From positions 15,996,001 through 16,060,000 of the forward strand of contig CATNEN010000001.1 in assembly GCA_950097015.1 (NCBI GenBank): 64,000 bases of DNA, given 5' to 3'. The stretch is from Macrostomum hystrix. Lineage: Eukaryota; Animalia; Platyhelminthes. Below, in pieces: positions 38,720 through 49,702 of this stretch (its first letter is position 1; the number at the start of each line of letters is the position of its first letter). Made by a program: the position numbers and the translations under genes. The notes under the pieces are model-generated. The model saw only the letters and a program-made list of their open reading frames with translations. It did not search any database and was not told the origin of the DNA.

Positions 38720-39173
38720 AAGTGCGAAATTCAGCCTAGTTCTTAGCAATCAAAAGTTTGCATACATTTTCTCATCAAAATTACAAGTCAAAATTGCCTA
38801 AATCCAACTAAATACTTGTACCAAAGTTAAAGCCACTTACCAGATTGCTTTAACCTCTAAAGTTCGCTAACTAGCATCAGCACTCGTTAATTAGGACTTA
38901 ATACTTTTAAATTTCTAGGAAACTAGAGCATTAGGCCATTCTTAATACTCACAAATTAACAAAAGTGACATTTGAAAAGTTCGGCAACTAAGCCAACTTA
39001 TCTAAATCTAAATACTTACTACTTACTTACTTATACTTATTCTTACATAAACTAATTATTACTACTCGCTTTACTTGCTTATTCGTTTACATTTCTCTAA
39101 AAATTGCTTACAAGTTTTAAGCTACTAACAGTAGCAACCACCGCGAAAAAACCAAACACAAAAATACATATTT

Positions 39174-41493
39174 TGAAATAGCTGCGGGTTTGCAATCCGA
39201 TGATCTGTCCTCGTGAAAGAAAGGAGTGTGGGGATGGCGATAGAGTCGGAAGTCATACCGCAAGGGCTCGCGAATTGCCGCGGAAAGAGGGACGAAGGGA
39301 GAGATGAAGGGAGAGACAGTGGATGCAGGGAGTGGTCCTCTCGGCCTCAGGCTGGCCAGTCCCACTCAACCCATAGGCCACAGGCATGACTGCCGTGCCT
39401 ACCCCAAGCAGTGCTCGAAACCGGCTAAAAGTCTAAATAGATGTCGGACTACCCTCAGACGGATAGGACAGGGCTATGCAGCCTACTGTCATCAGTAGCA
39501 TGTTCGTAACTGACCCCTAAACTCGGTAGCAGTGGTCGACTCGGCCTAGGCTCTTGTCTTAGAAATGCGGAAAGGCTATCGGCAAAGCGGAAAATGATCT
39601 AGGGTAGCGCCACCACCCAATGCGCCTACGTGGCCACCGCAGACATTTGGGAACTTGGGTCCCCGGAGCTCGCGGCTCCTAGTTTGTCACACAGATCTTA
39701 GACAAGCCGAAAAAATAGAGCCTTCTGTAACTTCCGTTTTAGACTAGGGCGAAGACCCCAGAATGGATCGAGACACGCCTCACCAGGGGATTCCTGAATT
39801 TGCGCTACAGTGGTCTAGAAAGGTGGTACTCAGAACCTGAAAGTGAAATCCCTAGCCAGAGTCCTACTCATGAAACATCAGACACATTCGGTACATTAGA
39901 CTGCAGCCTACACATTAGATAACTAGCAATCCGGTCTGTGTGAGTTGAGGAAAACAGAGGCAGGAGAGGTTAAGCTGAACACTGGCTGAGTGATTATGCG
40001 AGCGTAAGATTAAAAGATCATCACCCCCCACTTCCCTGGCGGTGGAAGCGGGAGGGGGAACGGAAGGGAAACTCAATTAGCAGGGGAGCTTGACACGCAC
40101 TCCCAGTTCCGCTAGGAAACGAGGAAAACCCGCCAGGGAATTCCCCACCCCTGGGCAGAAAGAAAACACGTGCTACACTCCGCATTTTACTTGCAAATCC
40201 CTAGCTCCATATTACTCTCACGCGCGCTTACAATTGCCTTCCTGCCGCAGCTTTCAGCTCGGCTGTGCCAGAGCCCGCCCCCTAGGCGATTAGCCACTCA
40301 TGACCGAGGGCTGTCTATTGATAAAATAAAGGTAAAAAGGAGACATAATAAAAGAAGTTAAGTTGTTATAAAGTTAAGCCCAATAAGTTAAAAGTGCTTA
40401 GATTGGATAGTTTATTAGGCGAAACAATCCCTAGCTTCCCTCCCACTAAAATGCCGCCTAACCAATAGAAAGCCCCTTAGGAGCAATAATTGCAAACCGC
40501 TGCGCGGATTACTTATCTGGAGTCGCTTCGGCCGCGTGCTGCAATCCCGTCGATCTCGGGGAAGGGGATCGGGTAAAATAGCAAAAGCCGGAAGGGAGAG
40601 ATGCTGCGAGTCGGCAGGGGCCAACACGCTTGGAGCTCAAGGCTCAATTTAGCAGCTCACCTAAAGAGGTGGCTCGCGCTCAGGGGGAATGGGGACAGGC
40701 AATGGGCCTGCGCTAGCTGTGGAGCTATGAGCTCTAGGGTCTATGCCCTAAATGGGTCTGGGGGATAAGTCCTGGGTCCGGTGGGAGTCCGGCCCGGCAA
40801 AAGTAAGTCCGGCAGGGGAGAAGGGGAAGAGCCGGTGGGAGAAAAGAGGTCCTAGAGGGAGCAGCGCAGCGCGCTTGCTTAAATAGGCCTTGCAGCACGC
40901 CAACCCCGACATCCATCAAAGCAACCCACATTCGCGCCAGCCTGTCATCGAGGAATTGAAGCGGCGATTGCCGCCCCAATTGCCCAATGAACCGGCGGCG
41001 GGAAACGACAGATGTTCTGCGCGAACAGCCGTCGGCAGTCAGCCAGCGATTGTTACTCCGCCGGGACAATGGAAGCGCAGGCGCCGACCTGCCTACAGTG
41101 ATATTTACATGTATCTAAAGGAAGGAGGTCATAAAAGTCGAGCTGGGCTCGAATACTGTAAAGAAGCGGGGACATGAAGAATTTTATGATCACTCATAAC
41201 GCGTGAGTGAGCCCCTATATCTGATCGCGGTTTGGAGGGGAATTATGACCTAAACTAGTTCATACAGTAACATTATGGCCGCGATCAGTCATTCCTACGG
41301 GGAGTCTAGACAACTCCGGAGAGAGAGGATTCGGCAGCTACTGGATTCACCGCCGCCTCAAACCCGGCCCTAAGATTAATGATCTTGTTTTGTGACCAGC
41401 TGCTATGTGGGTCGCAATTATTAGTTACTTAAAAATTCGAAAAATTATGCTGGCTCACACTCCCACTCGATTCCCGCAGCACACTCCACATCA
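39174..41493 (-). mobile_element. Solo LTR copy C nested in the LINE 5'UTR
   Basis: TGA...TCA termini, 4-bp TSD ATTT, homologous to copy B. Confidence 0.82.
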
Positions 41494-41795
41494 ATTTGAA
41501 ATACCAAAAATAAAAACAGTTTTACATTGTTTTATATATTTAAATTTATATATTCCTCATTTCCTCGTTCCACTCTCTGCTCCGTAGGCTCTTTTAAGTA
41601 GTCACTTGCATACTAGTCAGTAGTAAATTTAGTATCTTCGCCAGTTTTAGTTTTAGTTTTAGTGGAGTCTGGAAACAAAGGCGGCTGATTTTGATTTGAT
41701 TTGATCATACTTGCCTACCATCTATCTCTGATCGATACTTGCTCCAAACTTATCGAACTAAAATCAAACGACCGAGACTACTTACCCAAGTAACA

Positions 41796-44700
41796 ATGGA
41801 TGTAGATCCCAGGTCCAACGCGGAGCCTCCGGACTCTGCCAACAGCAACAATGTCCAGGCAGACCAGGCACCAGCTGCAGGAACAGGTACAGGCGTCGGC
41901 ACGCCCGGAACCCTGTCCGCCGCTGCCACCACTGCCACCAAAGACCGCACCTCAACCGCGAAGGAAGGCCTGTTTCCGGCGACTCCTCGCGCCAGGAAGA
42001 AACGATCGCGTCAGTCATACGACCCAAATCCAAAACCACTAGTCTCGTCGAAAATATCCAACAGACGACAGAGCAGTGGCGTCGTTAAAAAGTCCACCAA
42101 TCGACGTTCGGGTTCGAGGTCGAGCAAGCCCACCGACACCGGCTCTGATGACACCACGTCGGGGGCCTGCGACGGTCCTGACGGCGACGAAGACGAAGAG
42201 GCAGCCGACTATGTCTCGCTGTCCTCCGACGAAGAGCCTGCCGGCTCCTTTAAAACACCCGATGGACGAGTGTCAAACGTGTACAGCGCCTACACCAGGA
42301 CCACTCCCACCTCGGCAATTGAGCGCCCGTCGGCACCGGCCTCGGCACCGGCACCAGTACGGCAAGTACCAACGCCGCACAAGCTGGGTGCTGCGGAGGC
42401 TGTTGCGGACGCCGGGGCGGCGGCTGTTGCCGCTGCTGCTGCTGCTGCTGCAAAAAATACTGACGGATTAGAAAGCGCAAAATCAATTGACAACCTACTG
42501 TACCTGCCCGGCAGCACTGACCTCACTGTGGAACAGTTTAAGCTGCCGGCAGAAGCAAACCTGAAAGGCCACAGAACGTATTCCCATCTAGGGGATGCAG
42601 ATTTTGAATACTATCCGCACCTACTGAGAAAGGTCTCCAGCCAGGCATACCATAGTATCCTCAATGATATCCTGCCGCTGGCCTTTCACCACAAACCATC
42701 TGAAAGACGACGAGTCTTCTGGTACGGGCCAGAGTACTCCTATTCAGATGTAGTCTTAAAAGAAAACAACGACTGGCACCCAACCATTCTACAAATTAAA
42801 GACTTTCTAATCAAGCATCTAGATCTTCCCAACTTCAATTCATGCCTCATCAATTTCTACGCTCGGCCAGACATCGGGATTCCATACCATGCCGATAATG
42901 AGCCGGAGCTGGGACCAAAGCCGACAATCGCCACAGTGTCCTTCGGGGCACCGAGGCGCTTCATAGTCCGTGCCAACTGTGACCACACTGTTATCTGCGA
43001 CTACCCAACGGTACCTGGTTCCGTCATTCTGATGAAAGGGTCTAGCCAGCAAAAAACCCAACACAGTGTACCACCCACGCCCCTGCAGCAGGTTGGATAC
43101 AGGATCTCACTCACCTTTAGAGTGACCGATCCAGCCTTGCGACGGCGTCAGCCCAGCACGGTGCCAAAGCCAGCAGCAGCAGCAGCGGCGGCGGTGGCGG
43201 CGGCGGCGTCGGCGGCGGCGGCGGAGCAACCGGCGGCAGCTGCACCGGCCCGGGTGAGTCCGGCGGCGGCGTCGGTGTCGGCGGCGGCGGGGGCGGCGGC
43301 GGCGGCGGCGACGGCGGTGGCGGCGTCGGCGGCGGCGGGGAAGGCGGCGGCGACGACGATGGCGACGGATGCGACAATGTCGGCAGCACCTGCGAGACGA
43401 AACGCTGCACCTAGCTCTGCATCCAGCTCTGCGGCCTCCTCGGTCCCCGGCAGAGGGGGAGCTTCTGGCCGAGGCAGTGGCGGTGGCGGTGTGAGCTACT
43501 CCAACATTGTCTCTGGCACGGCCAACTCGCGCGGCAGACGTCCGGAACACCTCTCGGGCATCTGCCCGGTGATCTTTGAGGTGGCCGAACAGGCAGCCGG
43601 CAACCAGCTACTCTTCTGCCAGTGGCTGGGAGCCAACTTCGCCGGAACCGCTAGAGCCACCAACACTCGCTGTGTACAGAACCAAGCTGCCTATCTAGTA
43701 ATACCAGCAACCGAGCAGGACCATCAGCACTTCCTGAACGACCAACTAAAGGTGCCACTGTTTCAAGGGCAACTAGTGGGGCGCCGACTACCGCGCATGC
43801 GCCCCCTCGACGCCCGTCACGGTGCGGACCAGCTCGGAGAGCCAAAGACGACTCCGTCCACTTTTGTGGTTCGTGACGTCGATCTCAACATTCAAACTAA
43901 TGACTTCAAATCTATGATAGAAGCAAACGGTGTCACAGGAGTTACCGGCGTCCAGCGCATCACCCGGCTCTCTGACAACCAGCCCACCAGGTTGCTTAGG
44001 GTCTTCGTTAAGGATGCCAGCGTGGCCCAGAGGTGTATCGACGAAGGTATTAATACTCCTTTTATAGCGTTTTCCTGCGAGGCGAGCAAATCCTCTGCTC
44101 CGCCCAGGATAACCCAATGCTTCAAATGCCAGGGTATAGGCCATAGAGCTGCCGAGTGTCAAGGGCAAACAGTTTGCAGAAAGTGTGGTGGCGGACACCT
44201 CTTGGCTGAATGCCCGCCCAACAATGCGCCAACTTGTGCCAACTGTGGGGGCCCGCACAGAGCCAACCACTTTTCCTGCCCATCCGTAGCAGCAGCCGTC
44301 AGGGCTCTCAAAGCCACCAGTGACGCCCAACATGCGGCCATCCGTGCAGCCATGCCCGCCCAGCAGCAACAGGCGCAACAGCAGTCGCGGCCGCAGCAGC
44401 AGTCGCAGCCGCGGCGGCAGTCGCAGCCGCAGCGGCAGTCGCAGCCACAGCAGCAGTCGCAGCCGCAGCGGCAGTCGCAGCCGCAGCAGCAATCGCAGCC
44501 GCAGCGGCAGCAGGCGCAGCCTAGGCAGCAGCAGCAGAACTCCGCGAACGAGGCCAGGCCCCCTGCAGCGTCGACGGCAGGCATGGAGGTCGACGAAAAT
44601 GACCAAACCTGGTTAACCGTCGGGCCCAACGGGAGGCCTCAGAGACCGCTACCGAGGCCACCTGCACAGCGGCAACCGCCTCCAACGACAACAACAGCTA

Positions 44701-45071
44701 GCAATGTACCCCCGCCGCCGCCGCCCTCGACTGCGTCGCAGGCGGCACCTGCAAATGCGGAGGGAGCCAACAACAACCATCTATTGAGCCTGATGAATTC
44801 AGAAATCAGCAAACTGTCTGAGCATCTGGCAAACCTAAATGTTACAGAGTTCCTGCCACTCCTGGCGCGGACCCTGGTTCTCACCCTGGTCTACGCTCAG
44901 ACGGCTGCCGTCCGGGGTGACCGGACGCTTGATATGGAGGCCACTGTCAAAGCGGTCCTTTGCATCATGCGCCTGGCCTCCGGTCGGGAGCTCGACGGGC
45001 CTGGGCTGGGACTGACGGACCTCGGTACTCAGTTCCTAGTCCTGCTGATGGGCGGAGCTGAGTCCACCTGA
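41796..45071 (+). CDS. LINE ORF1: AlkB-family 2OG-Fe(II) dioxygenase, RRM-like region and three CCHC zinc knuckles
   Basis: FNSCLINFY, YHADNE, IATVSFGAPRRF, QHSVP, RISLTFR (about 42600-43125); knuckles CFKC..H..C, CRKC..H..C, CANC..H..C (44118-44279). Confidence 0.92.
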   Translation: MDVDPRSNAEPPDSANSNNVQADQAPAAGTGTGVGTPGTLSAAATTATKDRTSTAKEGLFPATPRARKKRSRQSYDPNPKPLVSSKISNRRQSSGVVKKSTNRRSGSRSSKPTDTGSDDTTSGACDGPDGDEDEEAADYVSLSSDEEPAGSFKTPDGRVSNVYSAYTRTTPTSAIERPSAPASAPAPVRQVPTPHKLGAAEAVADAGAAAVAAAAAAAAKNTDGLESAKSIDNLLYLPGSTDLTVEQFKLPAEANLKGHRTYSHLGDADFEYYPHLLRKVSSQAYHSILNDILPLAFHHKPSERRRVFWYGPEYSYSDVVLKENNDWHPTILQIKDFLIKHLDLPNFNSCLINFYARPDIGIPYHADNEPELGPKPTIATVSFGAPRRFIVRANCDHTVICDYPTVPGSVILMKGSSQQKTQHSVPPTPLQQVGYRISLTFRVTDPALRRRQPSTVPKPAAAAAAAVAAAASAAAAEQPAAAAPARVSPAAASVSAAAGAAAAAATAVAASAAAGKAAATTMATDATMSAAPARRNAAPSSASSSAASSVPGRGGASGRGSGGGGVSYSNIVSGTANSRGRRPEHLSGICPVIFEVAEQAAGNQLLFCQWLGANFAGTARATNTRCVQNQAAYLVIPATEQDHQHFLNDQLKVPLFQGQLVGRRLPRMRPLDARHGADQLGEPKTTPSTFVVRDVDLNIQTNDFKSMIEANGVTGVTGVQRITRLSDNQPTRLLRVFVKDASVAQRCIDEGINTPFIAFSCEASKSSAPPRITQCFKCQGIGHRAAECQGQTVCRKCGGGHLLAECPPNNAPTCANCGGPHRANHFSCPSVAAAVRALKATSDAQHAAIRAAMPAQQQQAQQQSRPQQQSQPRRQSQPQRQSQPQQQSQPQRQSQPQQQSQPQRQQAQPRQQQQNSANEARPPAASTAGMEVDENDQTWLTVGPNGRPQRPLPRPPAQRQPPPTTTTASNVPPPPPPSTASQAAPANAEGANNNHLLSLMNSEISKLSEHLANLNVTEFLPLLARTLVLTLVYAQTAAVRGDRTLDMEATVKAVLCIMRLASGRELDGPGLGLTDLGTQFLVLLMGGAEST

Positions 45072-45110
45072 ACAGTCAAATTTCGACAAAATTTCATGTA
45101 TTTATAGTAA

Positions 45111-48002
45111 AAATTCGGTAGCTCTACCACCCCATCCTCCAATAACTCGATTCCCATTGGACGCCCGGCAGGGCTGAAAATTGCACAATTAAATTGTCGG
45201 GGCTTCCTACCCAAATTCCTAGAGTTGCAGCTGTGGCTGATAGAGGAGGAGCTGGATATTGCCCTCTTCTCAGAAACGCTCCTCAAGGACACTCACCAAC
45301 TTTCTCTTCCAGGTTATTCCTGCATCCGGTTTGATGCGCCTCTTGCCAAGAGGGGGCTACTATTGGTGCACAACTCAAGAGTGACACTCTCCAATGTCTG
45401 CATGTTTGTAGACGATACCAACTTGGAGGTCCTCTCCTGTCACGTGCATCCGACGCACGTCTCACTTGCGCCATTCAGCCTCTCTCTGGTCTACAAGTCA
45501 CCAACTCCTGAGGTGCTCAACTTGGATACACTCAAATCTCTTTTATCTACCAATCGCAGTCTCATACTGGGCGATCTCAATGCCAGGCACGACGTGTTTG
45601 GCAACACCAGTCGTAACAATAGGGCAGGTGAACAGCTCTATAACTGGCTTATTGAGGATCATAACGCGCCCATCGTACTCAATGAGGTGGGTGAGTACAC
45701 CCGCGTGGCCAGCAAAAGTGGAGTGGTCTCTATGAATGTCCTCGACTTGGGACTAGCCTCGCGCAATCTTGCGGCGAGTGTGACCGACTTTCACGTTGGC
45801 TACGATGTGGGTAGTGACCATCTGCCAATCTGCCTCACTCTCGACTCCAGGGCCCCCATGTGGGATGGCCCTCGAAAGCGGAGAAATTTCAACAAGGTCA
45901 ATTGGGAACAATTCCAAATTCATCTTAACCAATCACTCTTCACGCTTAATGCTCCTATGCTAACCTGTCAAGTCGATGTCGATAGGGAGGTCCAGGTGAT
46001 CACCTCGGCCATCCAAGAGGCCATCACTCAGGTTGTACCTGAGCGTAATTTGGCAAGGCCTCTTCCGCAATACATTCTGGCAAAGATCAAGCTACGCAGG
46101 AAACTGCGACGAATGTATTGTCGAACTCGCGACGACAGCTGCCGAATCGAGGCAAATAGGCTAGCAGCAGTTATCAAAAAGGACATCAAAAATCTTGAGA
46201 TGAAACAAAAAACCAAGCTCTGCCAGAGTGTGGTGGATAATGCTAGAGATAGGAAGGTCAAGAACTTTTGGCACGACGTCCGTACCCTTATGGGTAAGGC
46301 AAAGCCAAGACCTATTCCTACTCTCTCCCGGGACCGGCAAGTGGCCTACACCGAGATCGACAAGGCCCAATTGTTTGCCGAGTCCCTGGGGGCAAAAATG
46401 AAACCTATGCCAATCACCAACAGGGACTTTGCACGAAGGGTCAGAGATGAATGTATGGATCCGCTCTTTTATCCCACTGGGCGTGACTCACTCTCTCAGA
46501 CCCTGAATGCACCTGAACCGTTGGAGGTACCTTTCACGGTTCCTGACCTTGTCTGGGAGCTAGATCATCTCAGGCTCGACAAGGCGCCGGGACCCGATGA
46601 TATACCAAACAGGGCTCTACGCTTTGGCCTCGAACCCATGTCCATTAACAGGATTCTCAACTTGTTCAACGCCTGCTTCGACATGGGGATCTTCCCCACT
46701 GCCTGGAAGAAGGCAACTACGATTATGATTCCGAAGCCTGACAAGGCGCCGGATGATCCAAACTCGTATAGACCAATCAGCCTCACATCGTGTTTCGGCA
46801 AACTCTTTGAGAAACTCATTGCAAGAAGGCTCGTCTCGCACTTGGAGTCCTCCAACACGCTAGGAATGGACCAGTGTGCCTATAGGAAGGGCCACAGCTC
46901 ATACGATAACCTGTGCAGGCTAGCGCAGGATGTCATGGAGAGCAAGTGCCTTGGCCACAAAGTCATCGCCATCTTCCTGGACGCAGCCTATGCGTTTGAC
47001 TCTACTGATCATGATAGACTTCGTGTCCGAATGAAGGAATCCAATTTGCCCAGAAAAATTACTCGACTCCTGTCTGATTATCTTCGCGACAGGTCTTTTA
47101 TAGTGCGAGTCGGAGAGGCATTCAGCAATAGCATCAATCCGCGTGCTGGTGTACCTCAGGGGGGGATTCTGAGTCCCTTCCTGTACAACCTGTATGTCAG
47201 CGGTATGCCTCCTCCACCAAATCCTAACGTGAAGCGCAGCCAGTTTGCGGACGATATGGCCATCTGGGCCAGAGCTACTTCCGTCCCAGGCATTGCCAGA
47301 ATCCTGCAACCTTATCTGCAGGCTGTCGCGGACTGGTGTGCACTACAAGGAATCAAACTCAACTCAAGCAAATCTCAAGCCATGGCTTTCAACTCCAGAT
47401 TAGCACCACAGGCTAGGGCACAATGGCCCAACTTCACCATTAGTGGAGAGGTCATCCCCTATGTCACCAATGTCAAATTTCTTGGAATCAATCTCGATCC
47501 AAGTTTCCAACTCAATCATCATACTCTCATCATCGAGCGTACCTGCAGAGCTCAGCTGGCGTCCATTAGCAGGTTAGCCAGGGCGACACAGCTCAGCAGT
47601 GTTACGCTCAAGATGCTCTACAGGGCCTACATTGAGAGCATTCTCACGTATGGCTCCCCTGTTCTAAATGTCATTTCAGTCTGTAGTCTAAACAGACTCC
47701 AAAAGATCCAAAACTATGCACTTCGCATTTGCTATGGAGCACCTAGCTATACCAAGGTCAGCTACTTACATCAGCTGGCAGCCATGCCGATGGTAGCAGA
47801 TAGGCTCCGTGCATTGGCAACTAGCTGGCTCTGCAAAGCGACCTGCAATAGAATCCATAACTTCCACGTTGAACCATCCAACCCTCCGCACAGAGCTGCC
47901 GACAGATCTAGGATGCCCGTCCTAAATGTTCTCTGGGCTTCTCTTAAGCAGAGAGAGCACAACAGGAGGGCAGCCCAAAACACTAGGCAATTTGCCAACT
48001 AA
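45111..48002 (+). CDS. LINE ORF2: APE endonuclease and reverse transcriptase, uninterrupted
   Basis: LKIAQLNCRG, FSETLL, GDLNARH, GSDHLPI, KAPGPD, YRPISLTS, GVPQGG, QFADD, KFLG; no RNase H; frame open from 45111 with no early ATG. Confidence 0.93.
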   Translation, partial: KFGSSTTPSSNNSIPIGRPAGLKIAQLNCRGFLPKFLELQLWLIEEELDIALFSETLLKDTHQLSLPGYSCIRFDAPLAKRGLLLVHNSRVTLSNVCMFVDDTNLEVLSCHVHPTHVSLAPFSLSLVYKSPTPEVLNLDTLKSLLSTNRSLILGDLNARHDVFGNTSRNNRAGEQLYNWLIEDHNAPIVLNEVGEYTRVASKSGVVSMNVLDLGLASRNLAASVTDFHVGYDVGSDHLPICLTLDSRAPMWDGPRKRRNFNKVNWEQFQIHLNQSLFTLNAPMLTCQVDVDREVQVITSAIQEAITQVVPERNLARPLPQYILAKIKLRRKLRRMYCRTRDDSCRIEANRLAAVIKKDIKNLEMKQKTKLCQSVVDNARDRKVKNFWHDVRTLMGKAKPRPIPTLSRDRQVAYTEIDKAQLFAESLGAKMKPMPITNRDFARRVRDECMDPLFYPTGRDSLSQTLNAPEPLEVPFTVPDLVWELDHLRLDKAPGPDDIPNRALRFGLEPMSINRILNLFNACFDMGIFPTAWKKATTIMIPKPDKAPDDPNSYRPISLTSCFGKLFEKLIARRLVSHLESSNTLGMDQCAYRKGHSSYDNLCRLAQDVMESKCLGHKVIAIFLDAAYAFDSTDHDRLRVRMKESNLPRKITRLLSDYLRDRSFIVRVGEAFSNSINPRAGVPQGGILSPFLYNLYVSGMPPPPNPNVKRSQFADDMAIWARATSVPGIARILQPYLQAVADWCALQGIKLNSSKSQAMAFNSRLAPQARAQWPNFTISGEVIPYVTNVKFLGINLDPSFQLNHHTLIIERTCRAQLASISRLARATQLSSVTLKMLYRAYIESILTYGSPVLNVISVCSLNRLQKIQNYALRICYGAPSYTKVSYLHQLAAMPMVADRLRALATSWLCKATCNRIHNFHVEPSNPPHRAADRSRMPVLNVLWASLKQREHNRRAAQNTRQFAN

Positions 48003-48984
48003 AAATGATGGGGGGGACCTTGCTCGACCACCTCGGGCCCTCTGGGGCACCGGGCTGAGAGCCACCCGCGTGTGACGGCGGAGTCAATCCTTAAGGCTGG
48101 CTTATAAACATATTTTTTGTTGACTCCTAGCTCTAGGTCGTTAGTCATTTAGTGCGTTGTGTCGAATTGGAACGAACTCATTGCTGTTATTTAGGCATGT
48201 TTTAACATAACTAAACTGTACCAGAGCTACTAGTAAGTTTACTTTCTACTTCTCTATGGAAGTTTTATAGAGTCTAGTCTGTTAAAGCATCCAGCTGCCT
48301 ATCATAGAGCTGATAGAGCGGATCATTTGGTCCAGCCTAGGGGGTAGGGCCAGCCGGGAGACCTCCGCCGGACAACTGCGAGCCTCGGGGGCCTGGGTCC
48401 TCGGGGGGCGGGGGGGTCTCGCGAGATCCCCTGTCCCCTCGCAATACCATTTTGACTTAAAAACAAACATGTAGAATAAACTCGTTCGGTGAGTGCACTC
48501 TAGTAATCGTGACAGCACCGATGTAAAACTCTAAATTATTCATTCTACTCACGACTGTTTGGGTGGCTGCGTCAGGGGATACGGTCTCTGGATCTTTGTC
48601 CGCGCCTGATTAAGCCTGCCGATACCAGTCTGATGCCAGACGATGTCAAATGCGCCGCTCTGAAAAATCAAACATGTACTATATTTTACTCCATAGCGTT
48701 CTGTCTCCTTTCATGCAGCTTTGTCTGCTTTTGCTTTTAAACACTCTTTTTACTCACTATCTCTAGTCTCTTCTTTTAATCTTGACTTTTATCCCGATAA
48801 ACTATTTTTTTTATCCTTTTACCCAAGCTATGGAGATAGAATATTCTGTGCTTCCAGATGATCCAAATATTCAAATATGAATTGTTTAAGTTGTTCTGTG
48901 CAATGAGCCACTGGTTTGCTGTGGACAATATCAAAAAGATGTTTATTTTCAACTTCTCAAGAGCGAAGACGGCGAACATTTTCA

Positions 48985-49365
48985 ATTTTACAAATAGTGC
49001 ATCCTTTTTTGCTCACTAATTGTACATGCCAAATATTGAATACTCTATTCAAATATGAATCCTCATTCCAATACTTACAATATCTTTAATCTTACAAATA
49101 GTGCATCTTCTTTCGTTTACCAATTGTGCATACCAAATATTGAATATTCAAACAAATACCTTTTACTACCTCAATACCTTACTTACAATCTCACAAATAG
49201 TGAATGTACGCGTTTTATCTCTACAAAAATGCTTACCAATAAGTGAATGTTCAAATACTTTCTTTTACTACCTCAATATTATAAATCTCTACAATACTTA
49301 TAAATACCAAATCGTTTCTAACTTACCAATTCGAACTTGATTTTACACAAATCGCGCGTTTTTGA
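48985..49365. repeat. Degenerate ~100-bp tandem repeat in the LINE 3'UTR
   Basis: ACAAATAGTG and TTACCAA motifs recur near 48990, 49094, 49193 and 49347. Confidence 0.65.
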
Positions 49366-49702
49366 TCTGCCCGGAGCTTTGTGACGGGTAGACTACTTAT
49401 GCAATTACTCACCATCGCTAACCAAAACCCCCATTTTCGTGTTGTCGCACCAGATATTTTTTAGATTAGATTAAAGTAGTATTTTGATCTTTGTGACTTA
49501 GTGAGTTTTATTTGAATTGCACGGCACAAGAGCACGAAACTGAGGGAAAGATATGCTCTTCTTTTTAACTCACACAAAATAATTGTAATCGTGCCTCATG
49601 GCTCCCAAAAGTAAATAATGTAACATGGCTGCAGAGTTTCGGCTAGAAACTGAACGGCCGGGGGCAACCCCATTACTACAGTAAAAAAAAGACGGTCTCT
49701 TA

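Larger units (their letters stand above)
38720..49687 (+). mobile_element. Full-length APE-type LINE (Jockey/I group) inserted in the SL RNA exon; 5'UTR contains a solo LTR
   Basis: TSD AAAGACGGTCT (38709-38719, 49688-49698); short A tail; open ORF1 and ORF2; ~1.7-kb 3'UTR. Confidence 0.88.

Noticed and set aside
43107-44629. Antisense Arg-, Pro- and Cys-rich ORFs
   Set aside because: Shadows of the Ala- and Gln-rich repeats in ORF1
48576-48590. ATACGGTCTCT as another SL fragment
   Set aside because: Only a 9-nt match and not at an element junction
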